Below are positions 1 to 9,545 of a stretch of DNA of 64,000 nt, piece after piece. The translations under genes were made by a program, and so were the position numbers. Below the pieces are notes generated by a model that was given only the letters and a program-made list of their open reading frames with translations, did not search any database and was not told the DNA's origin. The DNA comes from Planctomycetaceae bacterium SH139 (GTDB taxonomy: Bacteria > Planctomycetota > Planctomycetia > Pirellulales > Pirellulaceae): NCBI GenBank assembly GCA_052161645.1, contig CP197414.1; one strand, given 5' to 3'. Every line of letters starts with the position of its first letter. Positions within the stretch are counted from its first letter, which is position 1.

Positions 1-19
1 GACATACTCCGTATTTGTC

Positions 20-1798
20 TTGGACGATCGGTGGGTTTCGGAACCGCAAAACATTTTGCCAGTTGACGCTAAAACGGAGGAAATTACCTCGCCACATCTG
101 GTTGCGTTAGACGGACACCCGGTGACCATTCAAGTTACATCTGGAAAGCAACGCGCGCCAATCGCTGGGCAAGCTGTGTCGCTACGGTCTCCAATTTCAG
201 TCTCTTGGTTTGAAGACGGAGTACGAAAAAATGGAAGTTCTGCTCGGGATACTTGGGTAATGACCAACAGAGATGGCCTGGCCGTTGGCTATGTGCCTCG
301 CGGGGAATTAAAGGCGTCCGTGTATAGCTCGACCTGGAGGTCGGAGGCGGAAATTGTTGTCAGTCCAGGGGAAGAAAATCGCGTGCAGCTCCATCAAGAA
401 AACGCTGTCAGCAGCCAAGTGGTTGGTCGTCTTATTGGTCCGCGGGACGGTGCGGTCGACTTTGGAACGGTCACCATCAAAGTGCAAGCCGTTGATGGTC
501 AACTTGGCGATGAGTTTACTCCGCAAGCAGATGAAGCGGGTAGGTTTGAGGTAGCGACCAAAGCAACTGCCGTGGGCTGTTTTGCCATAAGTGCGGACGG
601 AAAATACGCTGGCTCGGCGTTAATAACTGACTTTTCTCAACCTTTTGATTTGAGCCTGCTGCCCACTGGATATGTGACTGGGCAGCTTATCAATGAAGAT
701 GGAAAGGGGATTGCCAGCTATCCGGTGACAGCCACGAGTGCCATTCGCAATCGAGAGCCCGGCATAAGAACTACGGGTTTTTCGACGAACATGACCATCA
801 TAACTTCGACCAAGACGGACAAGAATGGTAATTATCGCATTGGTCCGTTGCCGAGACTGACCGAGGTAACCCTCACCTGCGCGGCGCTGGCTGACTCGGC
901 TCCTCTGAATGCTCGTTATCTTCTTGAACAGTGCTATCTTAAGTTGAATGAACAGCGTCCTGCGAGCATCCATCGACTCGGCTCAAGCCAGGAAAATGAG
1001 AACGAGTTGACGACCAGCCAGCGGGTTGAACGTATCATGCGAGATGCCCAGTTGGGCGAGTATCATGTGATAGCAATTTTGACTGACTACTCAGACACGA
1101 AGTGCAGAGAATTCGTCGATAGGTATCTGCTGGATTACCAGACAGATCCGAATGTGGGCAATTTCATGCAATACCGCATTGACACGGGCGATGGGGGGAG
1201 CGGACAGGGTAAGGTTTACGCTCGTGAACGCGCGTGGCCAATACCACCTGCAGGCGACGTTGTGGCCGTCGCGATCGATGCGGCCGGGAATGAGTTAGGA
1301 CGTTTGAACATTGATGTTTCAGTTAAAGAGTCAGTCAATGACACCAGGAAATTTCTGGCAACGCATTCGCCGGCGGTTGTCGACGGGTACGGCAAGTGGG
1401 ACGACGCGTTTGCTTTGGCCGGCAGAACGAATCGACGCGTGTGGGTTCGCATTAGTCAGCGTTATTGTGCTCCCTGCCTTAGGTTAAACCGCTGGTTAGA
1501 CGATCATCGCGAGCTGCTGGGCAAGGAATTCGTGATGCTAAAGATCGACGATGTTCGGGATCGCCACGGCCGGGAGCTAGCAGAGCAGGTTACGGCTGGG
1601 CGACGAGTGGGAGTGCCTTTTTTTGCGTTCTACGATGCGGAAGGACAAGTGCTGGTTGATAGTTACGGGCCAACTGGAAATATCGGCTTCATGCTGGGTT
1701 ATGAGAGCAAACTACATTTTCGCAAGATGCTGGATGAGGTTTGTCAGGTGCTCAGCGATGACGAAATCAACCAGCTTATTGATAGCCTGGGAGATTAA
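20..1798 (+). CDS. Carboxypeptidase-regulatory-like (CarbopepD_reg) repeat protein with C-terminal thioredoxin-like domain (CAPC motif). It starts at TTG(20) and the frame stays open to the window edge, so it is likely 5'-partial.
   Basis: 592-aa ORF with repeated beta-sandwich-like segments (GRLIGPRDGAV..., TGQLINEDGKG...). C-terminus WVRISQRYCAPCLRLNRW...FVMLKIDD...GVPFFAFYD resembles a thioredoxin fold with a CxxC active site. No in-frame stop upstream of nt 20. Confidence 0.6.
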   Translation: MDDRWVSEPQNILPVDAKTEEITSPHLVALDGHPVTIQVTSGKQRAPIAGQAVSLRSPISVSWFEDGVRKNGSSARDTWVMTNRDGLAVGYVPRGELKASVYSSTWRSEAEIVVSPGEENRVQLHQENAVSSQVVGRLIGPRDGAVDFGTVTIKVQAVDGQLGDEFTPQADEAGRFEVATKATAVGCFAISADGKYAGSALITDFSQPFDLSLLPTGYVTGQLINEDGKGIASYPVTATSAIRNREPGIRTTGFSTNMTIITSTKTDKNGNYRIGPLPRLTEVTLTCAALADSAPLNARYLLEQCYLKLNEQRPASIHRLGSSQENENELTTSQRVERIMRDAQLGEYHVIAILTDYSDTKCREFVDRYLLDYQTDPNVGNFMQYRIDTGDGGSGQGKVYARERAWPIPPAGDVVAVAIDAAGNELGRLNIDVSVKESVNDTRKFLATHSPAVVDGYGKWDDAFALAGRTNRRVWVRISQRYCAPCLRLNRWLDDHRELLGKEFVMLKIDDVRDRHGRELAEQVTAGRRVGVPFFAFYDAEGQVLVDSYGPTGNIGFMLGYESKLHFRKMLDEVCQVLSDDEINQLIDSLGD

Positions 1799-2210
1799 GA
1801 AGAATTTGCAGGGAAACCAGGCGTCAGCCCGCAGCGATTTGTTTTTTGGCTAATCGCAGTAAATAGCTTGGTTAGCTTAGCGATTTCACTACTCATGCTC
1901 CGTGCAGCCAGGCCCAGTGATTTGCATACAAAGAGCTGCGACAAGCTGGCGTTTCGTAAGAAATTTTCATCTATGATTGACGTGTTCTAAATTCGCGCCG
2001 ATTCCAACACAACACTTGCATTACTGAACACTGACAGCCTCGCTGGGACAGGTCCCGCTGATTCATTCAGCTCGTCTAATTAGGATTAGATACGCTTTGT
2101 ATCGCCCAGGTAGAGATGTTCTTTGCGTTGGTTGCGTTTGGCAGCAAGCAGTACGCCTGGACGGGGTTGAATAGGGGGATCGTGGGGGCAGACGCGTTGT
2201 TTTCGAAGGG

Positions 2211-3431
2211 CTAACCACCGGTTGCTGGCAGCTTCAATTCGACTCCTGTTTTTACTTCTCCCGGTTGCAAATCAAGAAGCATTGTTGAGCCGGCGGGAAC
2301 CTCAGCGGCGTTCAGGTAGAAAGGCGCCACCTGGATATAGTGTGCACCAGGTCGGATAAACTTCAGCTCAAATGCGCCGTCGTCAGCGAGCCGGGTTGTC
2401 AGATCAAAATAACGGTTCTCAAAAAGGATCCTTGACGTGAGCACGGACCTCTAAACCGGCAACGGATTGCCCATTTGTCGCAACAACCTTACCTCGAACG
2501 GTCGCCGGACGTGTCAACTGAATAGTGATATTGTCAATCAACTCCCCTGGTTGAGAACCGAAAGCCGACGAAACTCCGTTGGCCCAGGTTCGCCATTGCC
2601 GGTACTCGCCGTCATGTGCGACCATACTATATTGAAATCCCCTACCGGCCGGCATTACAGAAGTAAATGCCCCCGTGGCGTCGGTCTTGACACTGAAACG
2701 GGTGTCACCTGTCAATGAATTTCCGCTCCCTGTTTTCGCCGGCGCCTCGGTGGCACCTTCCACAGGATTGCCATCGGGATCAATTACTCTGCACTTGAAG
2801 ATCGCACCTGGTTCAACGAAGATCGTAATCGCTTCCATGTTCACGCTGAGATCGAATGTTAGATCATCGAGATTTCTCTGAAACTGTCCGTCGACTATCG
2901 ACTCACGCTCATGGGGATGCTTCGCCGCCGGGGACCACCAACGACCGATCGTTCGTGGTATGTACGCAGTGAAAGGCCCAAGCTGCTGCGAACAAGAATG
3001 CGATAAGATTCGGGGTGAACGTACAGACGATAGCGGCCTTGAGCGTCAGTGGTTGTGGAATCGACGACGAAACCAATCATGACGCCATCCGCTTGATGGG
3101 GGCCATGCTCACTGCGAACTTCAACATTGGAAGCGGGCTTGCACGCGGCGTCACGAACAACACCTTCAATCAAGCTGCGCTTGCCAAGAATAACCTTCAA
3201 ATCTTCTTCACCTAGCTTCTGCTGGGGATTATAATGAGGGCTGAAGCCATCTTTGCGAAAATAAACCTCCGCTTTCTGATTCGGGCGATCAAGCTGGTCA
3301 ACCAGAGGCAAGGCCGCCGAGCAATGACGGTAGAACCAATCAAAAACGATCGTCACGAAGATCATGCAGGTGGCTTTCAGAGAAATGTCCAGCAACATAG
3401 CTGCCGAAAGATAGTGACCTTGGATGATCAT
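2211..3431 (-). pseudogene. CarbopepD_reg-domain membrane protein split into three ORFs (2895..3431, 2419..2844, 2211..2444) in frames 2/0/2. Probable frameshifted pseudogene or sequencing indels.
   Basis: All three pieces look like real protein (N-terminal hydrophobic segment, then beta-sandwich motifs such as TVRGKVVATNGQSVAGLEV and DAQGRYRLYV). They are colinear on the minus strand. The first and third share a frame and the middle one is shifted. Confidence 0.45.
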
Positions 3432-3659
3432 TTAACGCCCCTCGCGACGAGCTTGCTTAATTAACGATTCCAGCTCGGAAAGACTCGCGTCAGACAACTT
3501 CTCGGCTTCCAACAATGCAGCCACTGCATCACTCGCAGAACCATCGAAGAAAGTAGCAACTAAGTGCTTCAGTGCTCTTTTACTCGCCGATTCCTTGGAC
3601 TGCGTGGGGCGGTAGACGTACTTCGTCCCTTCCTGGCGATGGTTCAGCAGAAGAAACAT
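3432..3659 (-). pseudogene. BlaI/MecI/CopY-family transcriptional repressor, C-terminal half only (N-terminal winged-helix missing or frameshifted)
   Basis: LLNHRQEGTKYVYRPTQSKES...LVATFFDGSASDAVAALLE aligns with BlaI ALNHHKEGRVFVYTPNIDESDY...FLNRFYNGTLNSMVLNFLE. An in-frame TAA lies 3 codons upstream of the ATG. The neighbouring ORF 3704..3913 in another frame is not recognisably a BlaI N-terminus. Confidence 0.55.
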
Positions 3660-3891
3660 TTGCTTGGCTTATTGGCTTCGTTGCTACAAAACCAAATCCC
3701 GTGTCACGACAAGCACCTCGACATAGGTCTCTCGGCGATGGCAAAGCTGTCTCCGGCTTCGCGAGCGAACCAAGCGGTTTCAGCGATACCTACACTCAAA
3801 ACTGCGAAGAGCTCAGCTACCAAATTACGAGAGGTCGCTGGCAGGTAGAAAAAGGCGAGCCCTCGGCTGCCAAGAACCTGCTGCCGCTGAT

Positions 3892-5004
3892 TCACGGCGA
3901 ATCGCACAGCCAACGCATCGCACGCTCCATGCCCCTCGGGGTTCGTTCACCTCGGTAATAGAGGAACACGGTCAGTGCGGCCAGAAAGATCACCGCCAAG
4001 CTGGCCGAAAAGGGAACACTCATGGCATCTCGCCAATAAGCGGTTGGCGTCTTGCCGTGGAGCGCAGCGAAGAGCCACAGCGGCCAAATGTGAGCAAGAT
4101 GATGCAGGATATAGATTGAGAACGAATAGCGGCTAAAGCGGATTGCGAGCTTGAACCGTCTTTTCCAACGTTCGGAGCGCTGCGAATCATCGATAAAATG
4201 CAGCAGGAGCCCGAACACCACCAACGTGAGTCCCATTGTCCCGATAACGTATTCAACCGTTGGTGGGAACATTTTCCAGCCAGGCAACACATGCCGAAAT
4301 CCAGAGGTGGCAGCGGAAGCGCTGAGTTGAAATGACAGCCACTGGAGGCCAAGCGCGAATGTCAGCAGTATCAGCCCGATCCGAATCACCGACCTTCGAT
4401 CGCTGCGAGGCGTCGTACCCTGTCCGCATAATTGCCGGCCAACGACGAAGCCCACCAGGGGATAGGAGATCCAAGGGAAAAAGGGGATATATCCGACCAC
4501 AAAGAAACCGATCATAATGCCGGACAAAGTTAGATCGCCGTCGTAGTAGTTCTCTGGCCAATAGGCGTGGTAGTCGGCCATGCCTTGAAGAATGGGGCTA
4601 ACAAAAACCGAGCCGGCCGCAGCCGCAAGCAAAACGGAGTCAGGCAGATTTCGCACCCCGTTTAACATCAACAATGCCGTGCCAATCAGCGTGAGCACAT
4701 CCCAGTTGAAAGTATCCTCGGGCAACCACACAAGGGTATTGAAGGCAAAACCAACACCCAAAACAAACAAGCCGCGTCGAATCGATACTTTGGAAATGTC
4801 TTCTTCCGAAACTCTTATACGTTGCTGCTCACTCCATAGACAGTAGCTTAGCCCCGCGAGAAACGAGAAGAGCGGAGCGCCAAATCCAGATATTATCGGC
4901 ACCACCCCGGAAAGGTTTTCTAGAAAATGAACCCACACCATGACAAAGATGGCCACAGTTCGCATCACGTCAATCGACAGATATCTGATCAAATTAAGCT
5001 CCAA
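3892..5004 (-). CDS. Polytopic membrane protein (DUF1624/HGSNAT-like acyltransferase family guess)
   Basis: 370 aa with many hydrophobic helices. No strong catalytic motif recognised. The family assignment is tentative. Confidence 0.5.
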   Translation of the reverse strand: MELNLIRYLSIDVMRTVAIFVMVWVHFLENLSGVVPIISGFGAPLFSFLAGLSYCLWSEQQRIRVSEEDISKVSIRRGLFVLGVGFAFNTLVWLPEDTFNWDVLTLIGTALLMLNGVRNLPDSVLLAAAAGSVFVSPILQGMADYHAYWPENYYDGDLTLSGIMIGFFVVGYIPFFPWISYPLVGFVVGRQLCGQGTTPRSDRRSVIRIGLILLTFALGLQWLSFQLSASAATSGFRHVLPGWKMFPPTVEYVIGTMGLTLVVFGLLLHFIDDSQRSERWKRRFKLAIRFSRYSFSIYILHHLAHIWPLWLFAALHGKTPTAYWRDAMSVPFSASLAVIFLAALTVFLYYRGERTPRGMERAMRWLCDSP

Positions 5005-5094
5005 ACTGGCGATTATTTAAGACAACCAGTCATTCCGTTGATTGCGTTTCTAAGCGTTTTTGACGAAGTCAGGAAAGTGCGGGCGTTGTGCGGC

Positions 5095-6009
5095 CTATGG
5101 GGAGTCGGCTTCCATTGGCTGGTTGATCATCACTGGAGTTGTCGCATCTGATGCTTCCAGGCTGGTCAAAATATCAAACGTAGAAAACACGACCTGAATC
5201 ACTAGTAGAATAATAATCGCCCATTCCAGCTGATGTCCTGTTCGAGCAATCATATAATCACTGGTTCGTTGGGCGCAGCTATCGTAGAGCTCCGTGAAGG
5301 ACTGTAGTTGTTCGCTTAGAACCTCATGACGATGGGCGAGCTGAGCCCGCTCACGATAACGCTCCGATGCCTGACTGGCGTAGGTGGGCGGATACACGTG
5401 TGGTGCATGGATTGCTGATGATAGACGCTCCAGACGGCTGCGAAATATGCGCACCGCATTGTGATTCTCAAGCAATTGCGCCCGTGCACCGAGGTGACGT
5501 TCACCAAACTGAAAACTCAGCGGAATATCATCCTCCCATCGACTCCAATTCGCAGCCAGCTCGGATTCCAGTCGACCGACTTCTCGCTCTAGAAAGAACG
5601 CTTCCAGCATCGCCTCCATCAGTGGAACGATTCGATCCTCGGTCAGCGTGAAAATAACCAGACGTGCGTCAGATTGCAGAATCGTGCAGCCCTGTAACTG
5701 CATGTTGCGAATCATTTTCACCGCAGCCTGATCATCAACGAGCCATGCTTGTGCCGCCACTAGTATCGTCTCAGGTACTGGTGATTCCACTGCCATGACT
5801 TTCATGACCACCTCTGCTGGCTGGGCGGATAAGCTGGCATCCAGCTCCTGAACTTGCACCGCAAGGGGAGGTCGCAACTGGAACGACACTCGATTGCTCG
5901 CCAGGGACTGCGGGATCGCCTCCAGTCGCTCACCGAGTTGGGGTTTATTTGCATCGACGAAGCGAAACTTGCGCTGCGGACATTCCTGAAATCGGTCTTC
6001 ATTCATCAA
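5095..6009 (-). CDS. Hypothetical protein with C-terminal transmembrane helix (RMD1/DUF155-like guess)
   Basis: 304-aa ORF overlapping the upstream oxidoreductase gene by 11 nt (operon-like). Its only hydrophobic stretch (EWAIIILLVIQVVFSTFDIL) is near the C-terminus. Confidence 0.45.
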   Translation of the reverse strand: MMNEDRFQECPQRKFRFVDANKPQLGERLEAIPQSLASNRVSFQLRPPLAVQVQELDASLSAQPAEVVMKVMAVESPVPETILVAAQAWLVDDQAAVKMIRNMQLQGCTILQSDARLVIFTLTEDRIVPLMEAMLEAFFLEREVGRLESELAANWSRWEDDIPLSFQFGERHLGARAQLLENHNAVRIFRSRLERLSSAIHAPHVYPPTYASQASERYRERAQLAHRHEVLSEQLQSFTELYDSCAQRTSDYMIARTGHQLEWAIIILLVIQVVFSTFDILTSLEASDATTPVMINQPMEADSP

Positions 6010-7444
6010 TGGTTATCTCCTGGTAGCAGCTCGGTTCAACCGAGACAGTCTTGGATAAATTCTGGTTGCCCGATATTAGCTGACGCTGAATCAATTCAGC
6101 TGAGATCCAGTGTGCAACGTAATCTGCCGAGTCAAGCACTCCGTTGAGCGTCGAGTCGAAAAGGTAATCACCAACGAACATGAGTTCTGGATGTTGCTGG
6201 GGTTCGGGTTGGTGACGTTGATCGTGTGGCAGCGGATGTCGGCCAGCCGGAATCGCATTCACCGCGTTGGCCCAGCGATGGATACGCCCTTCCAAGAACT
6301 CGGCACGTCCTGACTCCAGCCAGCTAGGAAGCGAATCCAGAGCTGCTTCGATCAGCGCGTCATCAGACCAGTTGACGCGAGCGGTCGCTGCCTCACCGGC
6401 AACCAACCAACCAAGCACTCCATGCTTGGGTTCGGGTACACGAGATGATTCATCGTAGAGACAGGAACCATCGAATTGGTCCAGCATCCAAAACGAATCC
6501 TGCAAATGGCGGTGCCAGAATCTCGATTTGAACAACAAGGTGATCCGCAGGTAATGAGCTGGAAAATGGTAGTGTTTCAGGTGCCGGTCAACTGCTTGCT
6601 CCAGAATTCGATCGGGGAACATGAGCGACGGGATAGCATCATGAGGCAATGCAATAACGACCCAGTCAAAGTCCTCGCTGATGGTTCCCTCCGACATCAA
6701 GCGACTCGTTACTTGGTACTTCCGCCCATCCTTCTTAGCGACCGATAAGACTGGGCGATTGGTATGAATAGTTGCCTGCAAACGCCGCACAAGCTCCTGA
6801 GGGAACCGTTCGTTGCCACCGTCGATCCCGTAAAGTGCCATGTATGCAGGATCATTCATTAAGTAGTTATGAAGCCCGTAGCGCAGACTAGTTTTGTCAG
6901 GCTCTGTTGCCAAATCGCTATGAATTTGAACTGCAATGTATCGGCGCGCGTTGTCGTCTTGAAGATGGTTAAGGAATGGTTCAAAGGAAGCCATCGTCGC
7001 TTGCAGATCAAGGCCCCCCTCGGGGTCATCCGACGAACAGAACGCCTGGGGCCCGACGGCATCTCGAGCGAGACAGTCAAACCGCATCAATTCACTGCGT
7101 GCGAATTCGCCGAATCGCGATGCAACATCGTCCAAGTTTGCAATCACACAGTCGTCCAAGATACAGGCTGCCCCGCCCATGGAGCGAACGGGAAGGCCGA
7201 GTTCCTGAATCAACTCCTTTAACGGATCTTCGCCGAAATGCGAGTAGTCATAAAATTCAGCAGCTCCTGCCTCATAGCGCACATTTGCGGATTGAAATGA
7301 CGGCGTGATAATTTTTCCGCCAGTCCGCCCCGAGGCTTCGAAGACCGTGATCTGGATCGGGACTGCTGAGATCTGCTCAAGTCGGTAGGCGGTCATCAGA
7401 CCTCCCGGCCCCCCTCCTATAACAGCAATTTTTACAGAGGACAT
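5999..7444 (-). CDS. FAD/NAD(P)-binding oxidoreductase (amine-oxidase / protoporphyrinogen-oxidase-like family)
   Basis: N-terminal Rossmann dinucleotide motif KIAVIGGGPGGLMTAYRL. 481 aa. Confidence 0.8.
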   Translation of the reverse strand: MSSVKIAVIGGGPGGLMTAYRLEQISAVPIQITVFEASGRTGGKIITPSFQSANVRYEAGAAEFYDYSHFGEDPLKELIQELGLPVRSMGGAACILDDCVIANLDDVASRFGEFARSELMRFDCLARDAVGPQAFCSSDDPEGGLDLQATMASFEPFLNHLQDDNARRYIAVQIHSDLATEPDKTSLRYGLHNYLMNDPAYMALYGIDGGNERFPQELVRRLQATIHTNRPVLSVAKKDGRKYQVTSRLMSEGTISEDFDWVVIALPHDAIPSLMFPDRILEQAVDRHLKHYHFPAHYLRITLLFKSRFWHRHLQDSFWMLDQFDGSCLYDESSRVPEPKHGVLGWLVAGEAATARVNWSDDALIEAALDSLPSWLESGRAEFLEGRIHRWANAVNAIPAGRHPLPHDQRHQPEPQQHPELMFVGDYLFDSTLNGVLDSADYVAHWISAELIQRQLISGNQNLSKTVSVEPSCYQEITIDE

Positions 7445-7621
7445 TCAAACACTTTAAAACGCATAGGATAAAGACGAGGGAGATACCCAGCTTCCCGGAA
7501 CCTCAAACAGGCAAGCAATCGAAACTAGGGTTTACCAAACTCAGTTGGTCGAATTCACGCTGTTCGGGGCACCATTCACGAGCCCAATTCATAGGCCAAC
7601 CACAGGCCTCAGCAAAACCCT

Positions 7622-8686
7622 TTATTCAGAATTCAGACCAGGCCACTCCACGTCGCCACCTCCGGCGCCCAGTCTTCCGGGTCCCGGCCTGCCAGTGCCC
7701 GGCCTGCCAGCGCCCGGCCTGCCAGTGCGGGGTCTACCAGCACCGGGGCTGCCTGGTCCAGGGCCGCCGGCCCTTCCGCCACCTCGCTGAAAATCTGCCG
7801 AAGGGGTTCCACGATGAAAGCGAGGAACAACAGGCCATTCCTCTGTCATGAAATAGGCATAAGTGCCTGCGGGAAATTCAGGAGTGACGGTCTGACGTCC
7901 ATTACATTCGTCGAGGTCTCCGCTTCCCGCGACGAATTCATAGTCTTGGATGAAGGTGCCGTCATATTTGCCACCAGGAGCATTGCCGGCTGGGCGATCA
8001 CCCTTTTTGAGCTGGTAACTTGACGTGAGCTTTTCGATAGTTGAGTTCGGTTCTTGCGGGTTGCTATAACCGTAAACTGCGTAAATCGGGAATCCATCAG
8101 CGGCCCATCCGATCAATGGAGAATGCTCACTTGATTTCAGCTTCACCGTATCCAGCAGCCCAGTCGGGAGTCCGTGGTAGTGATATTTCCCGTTCGGCTG
8201 GACATGGGCATGCGAAACGTCGATTCCCAAAGCGATTGCCCCGGAGAGAGGTTCGTAACGCCAATTTCGATCTCCAGCGTAGACCTCGGCGGCGGACGGG
8301 TCGAAAGGCACGCCGTTGATAGCAACTCCAAACTCCCCATTCATCGGCGTTGCTTCGTCGGCAACCTGCGGATGTGCGGGGATACGGTATTCCAATCGTT
8401 GGGGCGTCATGCGGTTTGGATTTCCGCGACTTGGAAATTGGCCGACTTTGTGAGCTGGAATCGCATTCGCTATGATAATACGCTGGTCGCCGACAACTTT
8501 GATTGAAACCGCACTGTCAACATCGGGTGTCACCGTCGAAGGCTGCGGAATGAGTTGCCCTTTTTCATTGACGCGGTGAGTTCGCTGTGCCAGGGCAACA
8601 CTCGGCATTGCGAGTGCAAGGGCGGCAAGCGCCAGTGCTCCAAATACTAGAGTGCAAGGGCGGAAACTAGCTGTGGAATTCTTCAC
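7622..8686 (-). CDS. Secreted YHYH-family protein with C-terminal Gly/Pro/Arg-rich pentapeptide repeats
   Basis: Signal peptide (ALALAALALAMPSVALA). Motif GKYHYHGLP. C-terminal GRPGAGRPGTGRPGPG encoded by a 15-nt tandem repeat. Confidence 0.8.
   Translation of the reverse strand: MKNSTASFRPCTLVFGALALAALALAMPSVALAQRTHRVNEKGQLIPQPSTVTPDVDSAVSIKVVGDQRIIIANAIPAHKVGQFPSRGNPNRMTPQRLEYRIPAHPQVADEATPMNGEFGVAINGVPFDPSAAEVYAGDRNWRYEPLSGAIALGIDVSHAHVQPNGKYHYHGLPTGLLDTVKLKSSEHSPLIGWAADGFPIYAVYGYSNPQEPNSTIEKLTSSYQLKKGDRPAGNAPGGKYDGTFIQDYEFVAGSGDLDECNGRQTVTPEFPAGTYAYFMTEEWPVVPRFHRGTPSADFQRGGGRAGGPGPGSPGAGRPRTGRPGAGRPGTGRPGPGRLGAGGGDVEWPGLNSE
7683..7742. repeat. Tandem repeat of 15-bp unit cccggcctgccagtg (3 good copies + 1 degenerate), in-frame within the YHYH gene
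   Basis: Directly visible: cccggcctgccagtg / cccggcctgccagcg / cccggcctgccagtg / cggggtctaccagca. Confidence 0.85.
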
Positions 8687-8981
8687 AATAAGCTCCTCTT
8701 CTAGAAATCAAATAAGTTACATTTTGAAAATGTGTGCTAAGCTGTGCGACAAGCGAAACGCGGAACACAAGCTGAAAATCACAGCACACTTCGGCCAGCG
8801 AAGATTCATGCGTCGTTGACCACGCAATGGGGCCAAATTTTTTAAAAAATGGCAATTTCCAGACACGCCACTAAACAGATGCTGAGCAGGCGGTCGAAGC
8901 GTGGGTTAGCAAATCAATCCGCTGCAGTATTTTTTTAGGAAAATCTCCGCCATTTTAAACTAGGCAGGCAACAACAACGCG

Positions 8982-9542
8982 ATGAACGGCGAAGTGACCC
9001 AGGTTCTGCACCAAATTCAAAACGGCGACCAGCAGGCAGGCAGTCAATTGCTGCCGTTGGTGTACATGGAGCTTCGTCGCCTTGCTTCGCGTAAAATGCT
9101 TCACGAGAAGTCGTCTCACACGCTACAACCAACGGCCCTGGTGCACGAGGCCTTTCTTCGTCTGGTGGGGGGAGAGCATGCTCAGTCCTGGGACTGTCGC
9201 GCGCATTTTTTCGCAGCTGCGGCTGAGGCGATGCGACGAATTTTAATTGAATGCGCGCGGCGGAAAAGCACGGAGAAGCGCGGCGGTGATAGGCAACGCG
9301 TCGAACTTCCGATCGACGATGCGGCTGTCGCTTCTGAAGACTTGGAATGGTTGTTGGCTCTTGACGAAGCATTAACGAAGCTGGCTTCCGAAGATGCTGA
9401 CTTGGCACGCATCGTCCAGTTGCGGTACTTTACGGGCATGACCGTCGACCAGACGGCAGAACTGCTGGACGTTTCGCCCCGGACAATCAAACGCAATTGG
9501 ACGTATGCTCGAGCGTGGCTCCGTCGGGAAATGGAGGGATGA
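8982..9542 (+). CDS. ECF-type RNA polymerase sigma factor (planctomycetal TIGR02999-like, kinase-associated)
   Basis: Region 2 (LVHEAFLRL) and region 4 (RIVQLRYFTGMTVDQTAELLDVSPRTIKRNW) signatures. 186 aa. Immediately followed by a Ser/Thr kinase gene. Confidence 0.9.
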   Translation: MNGEVTQVLHQIQNGDQQAGSQLLPLVYMELRRLASRKMLHEKSSHTLQPTALVHEAFLRLVGGEHAQSWDCRAHFFAAAAEAMRRILIECARRKSTEKRGGDRQRVELPIDDAAVASEDLEWLLALDEALTKLASEDADLARIVQLRYFTGMTVDQTAELLDVSPRTIKRNWTYARAWLRREMEG

Positions 9543-9545
9543 GCT

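Noticed and set aside
3704-3913. 69-aa minus-strand ORF upstream of the BlaI fragment as the missing BlaI N-terminus
   Set aside because: Its sequence (…LFAVLSVGIAETAWFAREAGDSFAIAER…) does not resemble the BlaI winged-helix N-terminus (LSxAELEVMxVLW). I also translated the other two minus frames over 3660-3840 and found no BlaI-like segment either.
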